A stretch of 64,000 nucleotides of DNA from Anaerolineales bacterium (GTDB lineage Bacteria; Chloroflexota; Anaerolineae; Anaerolineales; Villigracilaceae): contig JAXLVX010000009.1 in assembly GCA_046328795.1 (NCBI GenBank), positions 11,276 to 75,275 on the forward strand. Direction: 5' to 3'. Positions 41,990 through 52,660 of this stretch are shown here, piece after piece. The translations under genes were made by a program, and so were the position numbers. The notes beneath the pieces are model-generated. The model had not been told where the DNA came from, did not search any database, and saw nothing but the letters and a program-made list of their open reading frames with translations. Position 1 is the stretch's first letter, and each line of letters begins with the position of its first letter.

Positions 41990-42140
41990 CAGCAAAGAGT
42001 CTTCACCGTTATCGTATGAGACTCTTCGCTCCGCTCAGAGTGACATGGCAATAACGCAAAACGGGACTGTGACACACAGTCCCGTTTTTGATTCTGCAAG
42101 ATATGCGCTTCGACTACGGACTTCGTCCTCCGCTCAGCGC
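41990..42140. repeat. CTGAGC-type palindrome fragments flanking a bidirectional terminator (42058-42089)
   Basis: CTTCGCTCCGCTCAGAGTGACA; AAAACGGGACTGTG..CACAGTCCCGTTTT; CTCCGCTCAGCGC. Confidence 0.7.
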
Positions 42141-42147
42141 GGAGAAG

Positions 42148-43600
42148 TTAAAACAATTTCAACAACGCTTCGCTTGCCCAGGCGAACAAGAATTGCGGGA
42201 CGAAACTTACGATCACTGTCACCAAGGCGGTGACTATCATAGTCGCATCGAGCCACGGTTCGCGTTCGGCGGCGGGTTCGCCGTCTTTCATGTACATGAT
42301 GACGACGACGCGCAGATAGTAGAATGCCGAGACAACCGACGTCAACACGCCGATGACTGCAAGCCAGATAAAGCCGCCGTCAATCACGGCGCGGAAGAGA
42401 TACAGTTTTCCGATGAGCCCGATGGTGGGAGGTAGACCGATGAGCGAGAGCATGAAGATGGTCATCGCGGCGGCGAGGGCGGGATGTTTCTTCGCAAGAC
42501 CGGCGTAATCATCCAATGCCAGCCCCTTGCCTTCTTGTTTCTCCAATGCAATGACCACGCCCCACGCGCCGAAGTTGGTGAACACATACGCCACGAGGTA
42601 GAACAAGCCCGCCGCAATAGCCACATCGCGGACATTGTCATTGCCGTAGGGGACGAACGCCATGAGGATGTATCCCGCGTGAGCAATGGAGGAATACGCG
42701 AGCAGGCGTTTGATGTCGGTCTGCGCGATGGCGACCACGTTGCCGACGATCATCGTCGCGGCAGAGATGACCCAGAACACGTCGGTCATGTCGGCGGCGA
42801 GGGAGGGGAACGCGGTGGCGAACACGCGCAACAACGCGGCGAAGCCCGCGATCTTCGCGCCGGAGGACATGAACGCGGTCACCGCGGTGGGCGCGCCTTG
42901 ATACACGTCGGGAGTCCACATGTGGAAGGGAACGGCGGCGACCTTGAAGCCGAACCCGATGAGGAGGAGGGCGGCGCCGATGGTTAGAAGTGCGACCGCC
43001 GTTCGTCGAAGCGGAAGCGGACTCGACGATGGCAAAAATGTTGCGGGGATTGAGTTCGCGCCGAAGATGAGGCGCGATCCTGCGGTGACGAGAAATCCAG
43101 AAGAGAACGCGCCGATGGTGGCATTGAGTCCCGCTTCTTCCGATTCTGTTTTATCGCGCGAATGCGGGTGCGAGAACGCAGATGGGGATCGTGCCGTTGC
43201 GCCTCCGAGCGAGGAAGACGATGATGAGGTCGGTGGCTTGCGCCATGAGCATCATGCCGACGACGCTGAAGAGGAGCAGGGTGTAGTATTCGCCGCGTTC
43301 GATGCCCATGCGTTTGACGTAGCCGTAGGCGACCGCGACGCCGAGCAAACCGCTGACGAGGAGCAACGCGTTGACGAAGATCGAGAAGCCGTCGAGCGTG
43401 ACCATGCCGTTGAAGCCTGTCACTTCGCTCCCGATCTGCGCGAGGGTGTAGCCAAGCGTGACGGCAAGACCCAACGCGGAGAGCAATGCGGTGATGCCTT
43501 TGCGATCCTTCGGGATGAAGAGGTCAACCAGCAATAGCACACATGCCCAAACGGTGAGGATGAGGAGCGGGAGGATGGTGGTGAGGTCGGATTGATTCAT
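42148..43600 (-). CDS. nuoN: NADH-quinone oxidoreductase subunit N, frameshifted around 43035-43200
   Basis: GEYYTLLLFS, FKVAAVPFHMWTPDVYQGAP and KRLLAYSSIAHAGY. Confidence 0.93.
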
Positions 43601-43606
43601 TTTTTA

Positions 43607-43796
43607 GCCACAGATTTCACGGATTGGCACGGATTTTATTTTTTGTTTCATGGTGGTCGAGTAAGCGGCGGTGTTCGCCGCTGTATCGGCACCACATAAC
43701 AATTCTCATTAGTACCTTTGCGAGTCTCGAGAAGCAATCTGTTGTTTTGGCGAGATTGCTTCGTCGCGAAGAGCAAGCGCGCTCCTCGCAATGACA
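43607..43796. repeat. nuoM-nuoN spacer: 9-mer array, GGTCGAG palindrome and partial TGTCATTGCGAG palindrome
   Basis: CACAGATTT CACGGATTG GCACGGATT; GGTGGTCGAG..CACCAC; GAAGCAATCT..CTCGCAATGACA. Confidence 0.8.
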
Positions 43797-45324
43797 TTAT
43801 GGCAATGGCAACATCCCAAATCAGATGATTCACGGCGGGCGCCATGAGGTTGAAGAACGGCGCGGGGTATAAGCCGATCCAGAAGATGAGGATCAAGAGC
43901 GGAACGACGGTAGCGATCTCGCGCCAGTTGAGGTCGCGGATGGCGTGTCCATGTTTCTTGGTTTCTTCCACAACTTCGCCTTGCGGACCCATGAACATTT
44001 TTTGGAACATGTACAAAATGTAGATCGCCGCCATGATGACGCCAAGCGCGGAGATCGCCGCGAACCAGACGTTGCCCCAATAGAAGACTCCGTTTTGTCC
44101 CGCGCCCCATGCGCCGAGCAAAATGGTGAATTCGCCGACGAAGCCGTTCAAGCCGGGCAAGCCCATCGAGGAGAGCGAGACGATGAGATAGATCGTGCCG
44201 AAGACCGGCATGATCTTCCACAAACCGCCGTAGACTTTGAACTCGCGCGTGTGAGTCTGTTCGTAGACCATGCCGACGAGCAAGAACAACGCGCCCGTGC
44301 TGATGCCGTGATTGATCATCTGCAAGATCGCGCCCGCAATGCCTTCGGGGTTCAACGCGAACAAGCCGAGCATCACAAATCCCAAGTGGCTCACGGATGA
44401 GTACGCGACCAACTTCTTGATGTCGGGCTGGGCGTACGAGACCGCGGCGCCATAGATGATCCCGATGGTGGCGAGGAGGGCGATCCACGGCGCGGCTTGG
44501 AGAGTCGCTTCGGGGAACAAGGGGATGTTGAATCGCACGAAGCCGTATGTGCCTAGCTTCAACAGCACGCCCGCCAAAATCACCGAGCCTGCGGTCGGCG
44601 CTTCAACGTGCGCATCGGGAAGCCACGAGTGCAGGGGCCACATCGGCACTTTGATGGCGAACGCGGCGGCGAAGGCGATGAACAACCACATTTGAATGTT
44701 CACAGGGATGCCGCCTTGCGCGATCAGGTCAGGCAGAGAGAAAGTCTTGCCGTGAATGCCGAGCCACAGGATGGCAAGCAACATCAAAATGGAACCCGCC
44801 ATAGTGTAGAGGAAAAATTTCAACGCGGCGTAGATGCGGCGCGGTCCGCCCCAGATGCCGATGATGAAGTACATCGGCACGAGCGTGAATTCCCAGAAGA
44901 TGTAGAAGAGGAACAAATCCTGCACGAGGAACACGCCATTCATACCGATCTCCAGCAGGAGGAAGAAGATCATGTATTCCTTGACGCGCTCTTCGACAGC
45001 CGTCCACGTGGAGAGGATCGAGATCGGCGTGAGGAGCGTCGTCAGCAGGACGAGCAGGATGCTCAAGCCGTCAATGCCGAGGAAGTATTGGATGTTCCAG
45101 CCTGCCACGGTGATCCAGTCGTAGCGTGCCACCATCTGCAAGTCCGTGTTCGAGGCGTTGAATCCTTTCAACACGCCCAGCGAGATGATGAACGTCACGA
45201 TCGAGACGATGAGCGCCGTCCAGCGCATCGCGTTTTTGTTTCCGCTGGGGATGAAGAGCAGAATCAAAACTCCCACCAGCGGGAAAAAGATCAGCAGAGT
45301 AAGCGGTTGTAAAAGAAATTCCAT
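43797..45324 (-). CDS. nuoM: NADH-quinone oxidoreductase subunit M; likely true end NHLIGMLPLP* at 43797, where one extra T extends the called ORF
   Basis: FWEFTLVPMY, KVPMWPLHSWLPDAHVEAP and KLVAYSSVSHLG. Confidence 0.95.
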
Positions 45325-45335
45325 GTTCAGTCCTC

Positions 45336-45394
45336 TAGGTCGCAAGTTGAATGTCAAAGGTCGAAAGCCGAGCGTTCGATCTTTGACCTGCGAC
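45336..45394. repeat. Inverted 7-mer array in the nuoL-nuoM spacer
   Basis: AGGTCGC AAGTTGA ATGTCAA AGGTCGA..TTCGATC TTTGACC TGCGACT. Confidence 0.75.
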
Positions 45395-47576
45395 TATTTG
45401 AAAATCAAATACCCAAGAATAAAGACAACTCCCAATAAGATGGACAGCGCGTACGAGCGCACGAATCCGTTCTGGACCTTGCGGAGGGTCGCCGCTAGCG
45501 ACTGGGTCCACGTCCCCAAGCCGTTCGCGAAGGCGTCAATGCCCTGCTGATCGGCGTACTTGTTCAAGCCGATGAAGCTGATCCAGTTGTACGTTCCCAT
45601 GATGACCTTCTCGTGGAACCAGTCATGCCAGAAACGCCAGTCAATCACTTCGGCGACGAAATAGGAAAGCTTGATATATGGGTTGATGAACAGGAGGTGA
45701 TAGAGTTCGTCAATCCACCATTTATTGTTCATGCCTTTGAACGCCAAGCCCAGCGACGCGAGCGGATCGGTCTGATCCTTTGCGAATGGTTTTCTTCCGT
45801 AGAGCAACCATGAGATCAAAATGGCGAGCAACGCAAGGACGGTTGAAACGCCCGCCACTTGCAAATTCAACGGGAGCGATTCCACTTCGCCAAGGGTGTG
45901 CGCGAGCCAGTGACCGAGATTGTGGAAACCTTCAAACGGCAGGTTGAGCGCGCCGCCCAAGACCGAAAGCGCCGCCAGAATCATCAACGGGACGGTCATC
46001 ACTTTGGGGCTTTCCTCCGCGTGCGCCGCGGCTTCGTGCCGCGCCTCGCCGAAGAAGACCATCCAGATCTGTCTGCCCATGTAGAACGCGGTGAAAAATG
46101 CGGCGATGGTCAACAACCAATACCATCATCTGATTTCTCAGGACGACCGCATCGAGCAAAATTTCATCCTTCGACCAAAATCCCGCGAACGGAGTGAATA
46201 CAGCCAGATAACGCAACCGTGCCAGCGATGTAGACCCAGAAGGTGACAGGCATGGTCTTGCGAAGCCCGCCCATGTTGCGCATGTCGCCGGGGTCAAAGA
46301 CCTCGCCGTGACCTGTTGCATCATGATCATCGTGCGCGTCGTGCCCACCACTTTCCACTTTCGACTTTCCAATCTTCTTTTTCCCCTTGCCATGACTATC
46401 GTGATTCGCGTGCGCATGTTCCGCATGATGATGTCCACGCTCCATGCCGAGGATGACCGAACCCGCGGAAAGGAAGAGTAATGCTTTGAAAAATGCGTGC
46501 GTCACGAGATGGAACATCCCTGCCACGTAGGCGCCCATGCCGACCGCCGCGACCATGAATCCGAGTTGCGAGATGGTGGAGTACGCCAGCACTTTCTTGA
46601 TGTCGAATTGACCGGCGGCGATCGTCGCGGCGAAGAGCGCGGTGACGCCTCCCACCAGCGCGACGATATTCTGCGCCTCAGGCACCGACGAGTACAACGG
46701 CGCGGAACGCGCAACGAGATAGACGCCCGCCGTCACCATCGTCGCGGCGTGGATGAGCGCCGAAACGGGAGTCGGACCCGCCATCGCGTCGGGCAACCAC
46801 ACATACAACGGAACTTGCGCCGATTTTCCCGTCACACCTAATAAGAAGAACAAGGTGATCGCAAGGATCACGCCTTGCGAAACTTCGGGGACTTTTTGAA
46901 ACACGGCGTCGAACTGCAAACTGCCAAACGCCCAAAACATGATGAAGGTTGCGATCAAAAAGCCGAAGTCGCCGACGCGGTTGGCGACGAACGCTTTGAC
47001 CGCGGCGAATGAATTTGCCCACGAAGGTCGCGCGAGCAAGTCCAGGTCGTACCAGAAGCCGACGAGCAGGAACGAGCATAGCCCCACCCCCTCCCAGCCG
47101 ACGAACAACATCAGATACGAATCGCCGCTGATGAGGATCATCATCGCGGCGATGAAGAGGTTGAGAAAAACGAAGAAACGGCGGAACCGCCCCACGTCGT
47201 TTTTGAAGCGCACATCTTCGTGCATGTATCCGATGGCGTAGATGTGGATGAGAGTCCCGACGCCCGAAACGACCAGCATCATCATGGTGGAGAGCGAGTC
47301 GACGCGGAACGTCCAATCGAGGGAGAGGTCGCCGATGCGAATCCATTCGGCGAGATGCCAGCGCATCGCTTCGCCGTGCGCGCCCGATAGTGTTACATAC
47401 AACAGGACCGACACAACAAAGGTCAGCCCTGAGAAGAGACTCGCCGTCACGCCGATCATCCGCTCGCTAAACTTGCCGCCGAAGATAATGTTGATGAGCA
47501 AACCGATGACCGGGAAAAATACCAGCCAGGGGGCGAGGAATAAAAATCCTGTGTTTACTGATTCGCTTAAGTGCAT
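45394..47576 (-). CDS. nuoL: NADH-quinone oxidoreductase subunit L, frameshifted around 46110-46210
   Basis: GWEGVGLCSF, NRVGD, KSAQVPLYVWLPDAMAGPTPVSALIHAATMV and HAFFKALLFL. Confidence 0.95.
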
Positions 47577-47586
47577 AAAAACCTCG

Positions 47587-47628
47587 GAGAATTTGAGAAG
47601 TGGAGAATTCTCCAGTCCTCTAATTCTC
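47587..47628. repeat. Inverted 7/8-mer array in the nuoK-nuoL spacer
   Basis: GAGAATTT GAGAAGTG GAGAATT CTCCAGT CCTCTAA TTCTC. Confidence 0.7.
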
Positions 47629-47930
47629 TATCCTTTTAATGAACTCACCTGATCCACGTCAATACTTTTCTTAGATTTGAAAATTTCCACGATCAGCGCG
47701 AGACCCACCGCCACCTCCGCCGCGGCGACCGCGATCACGAAAAAGGCGAAGACCTGCCCGCTAAAACTTTCGAACGCGCTGCCGAACGCCACGATAGCGA
47801 GGTTTGCCGCGTTCAACATCAACTCGATGGACATGAAGATGATCAACGCGTTGCGGCGGATCAACACGCCTAGCACGCCAATGGTGAAAAGAACGGCGGA
47901 AAGAATTATGTAGTAATCAACAGGTATCAT
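47628..47930 (-). CDS. nuoK: NADH-quinone oxidoreductase subunit K
   Basis: [20 protein letters not shown] and [10 protein letters not shown]. Confidence 0.97.
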   Translation of the reverse strand: MIPVDYYIILSAVLFTIGVLGVLIRRNALIIFMSIELMLNAANLAIVAFGSAFESFSGQVFAFFVIAVAAAEVAVGLALIVEIFKSKKSIDVDQVSSLKG

Positions 47931-47949
47931 GTTTTTCTCGCGGTTCACT

Positions 47950-48002
47950 CTTACGCAGTACGCAATACGTAGTCAAACTACTGCGTACTTTGTATTGCGT
48001 AA
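47950..48002. repeat. Inverted 7-mer array in the nuoJ-nuoK spacer
   Basis: TTACGCA GTACGCA ATACGTA G..C TGCGTAC TTTGTAT TGCGTAA. Confidence 0.85.
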
Positions 48003-48005
48003 AAT

Positions 48006-48527
48006 TCAGTTCCGCACCCCTTTCTCTTTCTTCGTAAGGACGATCGCGCCGACCATCGCGACCAGCAGCAAAATGGAAACCACTTCAAACGGAAGCAAGT
48101 AATCTCTGAAAAGCGCGATGCCAAGTTGTTGTAAGTTCTCGGTTGTGTTCACTGCCTCGGCTGGCGAGAGGACATCCCCTACCGGGCGGGCTTTGGTGAT
48201 GAGTAGGTAAGTAGCTTCTACCACGAGAATTACTGCTAGCGATACAGGAAACCAAACTTTCTGCCAGCCAAATTCACCAGCCAAATCAGTGGAGCCAAGG
48301 AGCATGATGACGAATAAGAACAGCACCATGATCGCGCCCGCGTACACCGTAACTTGCGCCATCGCAATGAACGGCGCGCCGAGCAATAAATAAAACACCG
48401 CCACTGTGACGAAGTTCAACACGAGGTATAACGCCGAATACACCGCGTTGCGGCTGAGCAACATCCCCAGCGCGGAAGCGATGGCGATGAGGGAGAGGAC
48501 GAGGAATAAAATTAAGTCGAGGGTCAT
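48006..48527 (-). CDS. nuoJ: NADH-quinone oxidoreductase subunit J
   Basis: QVTVYAGAIMVLFLFVIMLL and YLLPFEVVSILLLVAMVGA. Confidence 0.97.
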   Translation of the reverse strand: MTLDLILFLVLSLIAIASALGMLLSRNAVYSALYLVLNFVTVAVFYLLLGAPFIAMAQVTVYAGAIMVLFLFVIMLLGSTDLAGEFGWQKVWFPVSLAVILVVEATYLLITKARPVGDVLSPAEAVNTTENLQQLGIALFRDYLLPFEVVSILLLVAMVGAIVLTKKEKGVRN

Positions 48528-48539
48528 AGTGTCTTATGA

Positions 48540-48591
48540 AGAGACTGGAGACTAGAGACTATTCTCCAGTCTCTAGTCTCTAATCTCTAGT
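48540..48591. repeat. Inverted 7-mer array in the nuoI-nuoJ spacer
   Basis: AGAGACT GGAGACT AGAGACT ATTCTCC AGTCTCT AGTCTCT AATCTCT. Confidence 0.9.
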
Positions 48592-49105
48592 CCTTCGGAT
48601 TTTCCATCTCCGGCACCGACCGCGTGAACACGCCGGTTTCGGTCTTCTGCGGGGTCAACATGGCGGAGGCAGGGACGGGATCCAACAGCATGTCTTTGGT
48701 GTAGATCGCGGACGCGCGGTCATAAAACGAAAGCTCGTAGTTATCGCCCAGCGTGATCGCCTCGGTCGGGCAGGCGTCTTCGCAGTAACCGCAATAGATA
48801 CAGCGGAGCATGTTGATCTCATACGTGGAGGCATACCGCTCTCCGGGCGAGAAGCGTTTTTCATCCGTGTTTTCGGCGGCTTCCACAAAGATCGCATCCG
48901 AAGGGCAGGCGGCGGCGCACAACGAACAGCCGATGCACTTTTCAAGTCCGTTCTCGTAGCGATGCAATTCATGCCGCCCGCGGAACCGCTTGCGGACCTC
49001 CCTCTTCTGTTCGGGGTATTGATACGTGACGGGCTTCTCGAACATGGATTTAAACGTAACCCACAGCCCGCGCACCAGTTCAACGGCGGGGTCAAGCGCG
49101 CTCAT
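48587..49105 (-). CDS. nuoI: NADH-quinone oxidoreductase subunit I
   Basis: CIGCSLCAAACP and CIYCGYCEDACP. Confidence 0.97.
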   Translation of the reverse strand: MSALDPAVELVRGLWVTFKSMFEKPVTYQYPEQKREVRKRFRGRHELHRYENGLEKCIGCSLCAAACPSDAIFVEAAENTDEKRFSPGERYASTYEINMLRCIYCGYCEDACPTEAITLGDNYELSFYDRASAIYTKDMLLDPVPASAMLTPQKTETGVFTRSVPEMENPKD

Positions 49106-50213
49106 ATAATAATCTCCTCAATGTGAGATAGATCGTGACGACGGGGACCAAACCAGCGATGACCGACGCGACGGGGATCATCCACATCCACATCTGGTTA
49201 TTGGTTTGATCCGCAAGCAAAATGCCGGTTGCCGTAATAAAAACGATCGCGAGCGACAACGGCACGAGAACCTTCCACCCAAACGACATCAAGCGGTCAT
49301 AGCGAATGCGGGGCCAGGTGGCGCGCACCCAGATCATCACGAACAACGAAACGATGACCTTGATGATCAAGTAGACGGGTCCGAGCAAGGGATACCGATC
49401 CACGAACGGCCCGAGATACCCGCCGAAGAAAAAGACCGCCATCACCGCCGAGATCACGATCATCTTCTGATATTCCGCCATGAAGAACAAGGCGAACTTC
49501 ATGCCCGAATACTCGGCATGATAGCCCGCGGTGAGTTCCTGCTCCGCTTCGGGCATATCGAACGGCGCGCGGTTCACCTCCGCGAGGGTCGCGATCCAAA
49601 AGATGACAGCGCCCACCGGCTGAAGGAACACGAACCACAGCCCTTTTTGTTTTTCCACAACGTCCACCATGCTCATCGAGTTGGCGAGCAGGATCACCGG
49701 GATGAGGGAAATGCCAAGCGCAAGTTCATACGAGATCATCTGCGCGGTCGAACGCAGTCCGCCGAGCATCGCGTACTTGCTGTTCGACGACCAGCCCGCC
49801 AGCACAATTCCGTACACGGCAATCGCCGCCACCGACATGAAATACAACACGCCCACATTAATATCGGCGAGATACAAGTTTATCTCGCGCCCGAATAAAT
49901 TGACCGTGCGTCCCAGCGGGATGACCGCCGCGATAATAATAGAAGGCACCACCGTCAAGATCGGCGCGAGGAAGAATACGAATTTATACGCCTTGGCGGG
50001 CGAGAGTTCTTCTTTAAAGATCAACTTGAGCGCGTCGGCGATGGGCTGCAGTAAACCGAACGGGCCCGCGCGGTTTGGTCCCACGCGGGTTTGCATACGC
50101 GCCAACCCGCGGCGCTCGAACCACGTGAGCAAAATGAAACCCACCAACAGCATCACGATCAACACCAATGCTTTGATGAACCATTCGAGCCAGAGAGTCC
50201 AATCGCTGATCAT
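49092..50213 (-). CDS. nuoH: NADH-quinone oxidoreductase subunit H
   Basis: GPNRAGPFGLLQPIADALKL, AQMISYE and NRAPFDMPEAEQEL. Confidence 0.97.
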   Translation of the reverse strand: MISDWTLWLEWFIKALVLIVMLLVGFILLTWFERRGLARMQTRVGPNRAGPFGLLQPIADALKLIFKEELSPAKAYKFVFFLAPILTVVPSIIIAAVIPLGRTVNLFGREINLYLADINVGVLYFMSVAAIAVYGIVLAGWSSNSKYAMLGGLRSTAQMISYELALGISLIPVILLANSMSMVDVVEKQKGLWFVFLQPVGAVIFWIATLAEVNRAPFDMPEAEQELTAGYHAEYSGMKFALFFMAEYQKMIVISAVMAVFFFGGYLGPFVDRYPLLGPVYLIIKVIVSLFVMIWVRATWPRIRYDRLMSFGWKVLVPLSLAIVFITATGILLADQTNNQMWMWMIPVASVIAGLVPVVTIYLTLRRLLYERA

Positions 50214-52660
50214 GCTTTCACCTTTGCCGCCACAGGCTCATGGATCGCAATGCCCATCGAACGCGGCACCAGCGCGATATCTTCCGCAATTGAATTATCC
50301 AGCCGCACAACGGCTTGTCCGCTCGTGCCGTTGAAACTGACATTCACCGTCTGACCCGCGCGCACGCCGAGTTTTTCAGCGGCATCGGGATGCAACGACA
50401 CGCTCGCCTCGCCGATCCGCTCGTGCAACAACTCAGCCGGCATCACAGTCGTGCCGCGATGATACAGTTTGTTGACCGGCACCGCGAGCAATTCTTTATC
50501 TTTTGGATGTGGAACCGGTTCTTTCTGGACCCTCGGGATGCTCACCCGTTCTCCGCGCGTCGCGGCGGCTGACAAGTGCGCGCCCAGCCCCTTCTTGTTT
50601 TCGTAGGTCGTGCCGCCGTAATACATGTCGCCGCGCCCAACGATGGGGAATTGTTCCTTCACTTCGGCGAGTTTGGCATACGTCAACCCTTCGAACGATT
50701 TCACCGTTTCAGCAAGCAGGTCGAACACCACCGAAGCAGACGTGCCCTCGAGGATGACTCCCATGTTCCGCGCGATCTGAGCCGTGATCGCAAAATCGGG
50801 TTTCGATTCGCCCCTCACCGGCACGGCGGGATAGAATCTCTGCGCGCGTCTTTCGCCGGAAGTTAACGTGCCTTCGCGCTCGGTAAACGCTTGCGCGGGC
50901 AAGACCACATCCGCAATTTCTGTCGTCGCGGTTTCCATCACATCTTGCACAACGACAAACTTCGCTTCTTCCAATGCTTTCGCTAATTTGGGATCGTCGC
51001 TCACCGGGTCGGCGCCAACGACATAGACCGCTTTATCCTTCAACGCCTTCGCCAGATCTTCTTCAACAGAGAAGCCCATCTCCCACGCGCCCTGATCGTT
51101 CGCGCGTTCCCACACGCCGATGAGTCCGTTGTTGGGTTTGCCGGTGAATCCGTTCTCATTCAACAACTTTGCGCAGGCGGTCGCTAAACTTTGCGAACCA
51201 AGCACGCCCAGCCCCTCGCTTCCATATAAGATGACGACGTTCTCAGATTTCAGCAACGCGTCGCCTTCTTTGCTTTTCTTCGTCAGGTCGTGAACCGTTC
51301 GCGCTTCATCGCCGTATTCGTAGCGGACTTTGTATGAAGCGTACCGATCGAGTTTCGTCTCGCGCGGATTCATCACGATCAACGTTGCGCCGCGTTCTTT
51401 CGCCTGTTTCACTCGCAAATACCAGACCGGCGCTTCTTGATACAGATCCGAAGCCACGACGAGGATCGTCGTCCCCGCCCCCATCGTTCCAAAGTTCGTG
51501 CCTGCGCCCACGCCGACCAGCGAGGTTAATTCGCCGCCAGCCATGTGCGAGTACAAAACTGCTTTGCCGCCCGCGTGATCGGCGAGCGTTTTCAAATTGA
51601 ACAAGTCCTCATTCGAGAGCCTGCCCGAAGCGAGGATCACAAAATCTTTTTTATCCTTGGCAAATTTTTCCGCGGCGAGTTTGGTCGCTGCATCCCATGA
51701 GGAGCGCGTCAACTTTTTATCTTTGCGGACAAGCGGTTTCGTTAATCGATTCTTGCTTCCCGCATAGTGATACGCAAAGCGGCCCTTATCGCAGATCCAA
51801 ATTTCGTTCACTTCTTCGTTCTGCCTCGGCATCACGCGCTTGACGACGATCTCGCCGTCGGTTCTGGCTTCGCGGCGCGTGTTCAACGTGGTGTTGCATC
51901 CGACCGGGCATTGCGTGCAGATCGAAGCTTGCGCGTCCAGCTCCCACGGTCGGGCGCCGAAGCGGAAGTCGGTAGTGGTCAACGCGCCGACGGGACAGAT
52001 ATCCGTCGTGTTGCCTGAGAAGACCGAATCAAACCCGGGGTCCGAAAGAGAGATGATCTGCATCGAACGTTCGCGTTTGTCAAATTCGAGCACGGCGTCC
52101 CCGGCGATCTTGTCTTGAAAACGGATGCAGCGCGCGCACTGGATACATCGCTCCTGATCGAGAACGATCAGTTCGCCGAGAGGCGTTTGTTTGGCGAGAT
52201 GTTTCTTCTCATCGTAGAGGAAGCGGCTCTTGCCGGGTCCGTGCGCCATGGTGAGGTCTTGAAGAGCGCACTCGCCGCCCTTGTCGCAGATCGGGCAATC
52301 GAGCGGATGCGACGTGAGCAAAAATTCAAGCGTGCTTTTCTGACCTTCGTTCGCCTTCGCCGATTGCGTGAGGACCACCATGCCCTCTTCGACCTTGTTC
52401 GTGCAACCCGTTTCAAGTTTGGGCATGAATTGGATCTTCGGCGCGCCATTCTCCATGACCACCTGACCCGTGGCGCGATCGCGCGCGGGGCGTCCGATCT
52501 CCACGAGGCACATGCGGCACATGCCGACGGGTTCGAGTTTTGGATGATGACAAAAAACGGGAATGTCAACGCCCGCGAGTTTCGCCGCGTCTACAATCGA
52601 GGTTCCCTCTTGAACCGCAACTTGTTTCCCGTCAATCGTAAGGGTGACTTGTTTACTCAT
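50210..52660 (-). CDS. nuoG: NADH-quinone oxidoreductase subunit G
   Basis: CHHPKLEPVGMCRMC, HPLDCPICDKGGEC, CIQCARC..CPVGAL and CTQCPVGC..ICDKGR. Confidence 0.95.
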   Translation of the reverse strand: MSKQVTLTIDGKQVAVQEGTSIVDAAKLAGVDIPVFCHHPKLEPVGMCRMCLVEIGRPARDRATGQVVMENGAPKIQFMPKLETGCTNKVEEGMVVLTQSAKANEGQKSTLEFLLTSHPLDCPICDKGGECALQDLTMAHGPGKSRFLYDEKKHLAKQTPLGELIVLDQERCIQCARCIRFQDKIAGDAVLEFDKRERSMQIISLSDPGFDSVFSGNTTDICPVGALTTTDFRFGARPWELDAQASICTQCPVGCNTTLNTRREARTDGEIVVKRVMPRQNEEVNEIWICDKGRFAYHYAGSKNRLTKPLVRKDKKLTRSSWDAATKLAAEKFAKDKKDFVILASGRLSNEDLFNLKTLADHAGGKAVLYSHMAGGELTSLVGVGAGTNFGTMGAGTTILVVASDLYQEAPVWYLRVKQAKERGATLIVMNPRETKLDRYASYKVRYEYGDEARTVHDLTKKSKEGDALLKSENVVILYGSEGLGVLGSQSLATACAKLLNENGFTGKPNNGLIGVWERANDQGAWEMGFSVEEDLAKALKDKAVYVVGADPVSDDPKLAKALEEAKFVVVQDVMETATTEIADVVLPAQAFTEREGTLTSGERRAQRFYPAVPVRGESKPDFAITAQIARNMGVILEGTSASVVFDLLAETVKSFEGLTYAKLAEVKEQFPIVGRGDMYYGGTTYENKKGLGAHLSAAATRGERVSIPRVQKEPVPHPKDKELLAVPVNKLYHRGTTVMPAELLHERIGEASVSLHPDAAEKLGVRAGQTVNVSFNGTSGQAVVRLDNSIAEDIALVPRSMGIAIHEPVAAKVKA

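Noticed and set aside
43648-43796. C-terminal extension of NuoM into the palindrome
   Set aside because: Removing one T near 43825 gives NHLIGMLPLP* ending at 43797; most likely a homopolymer error
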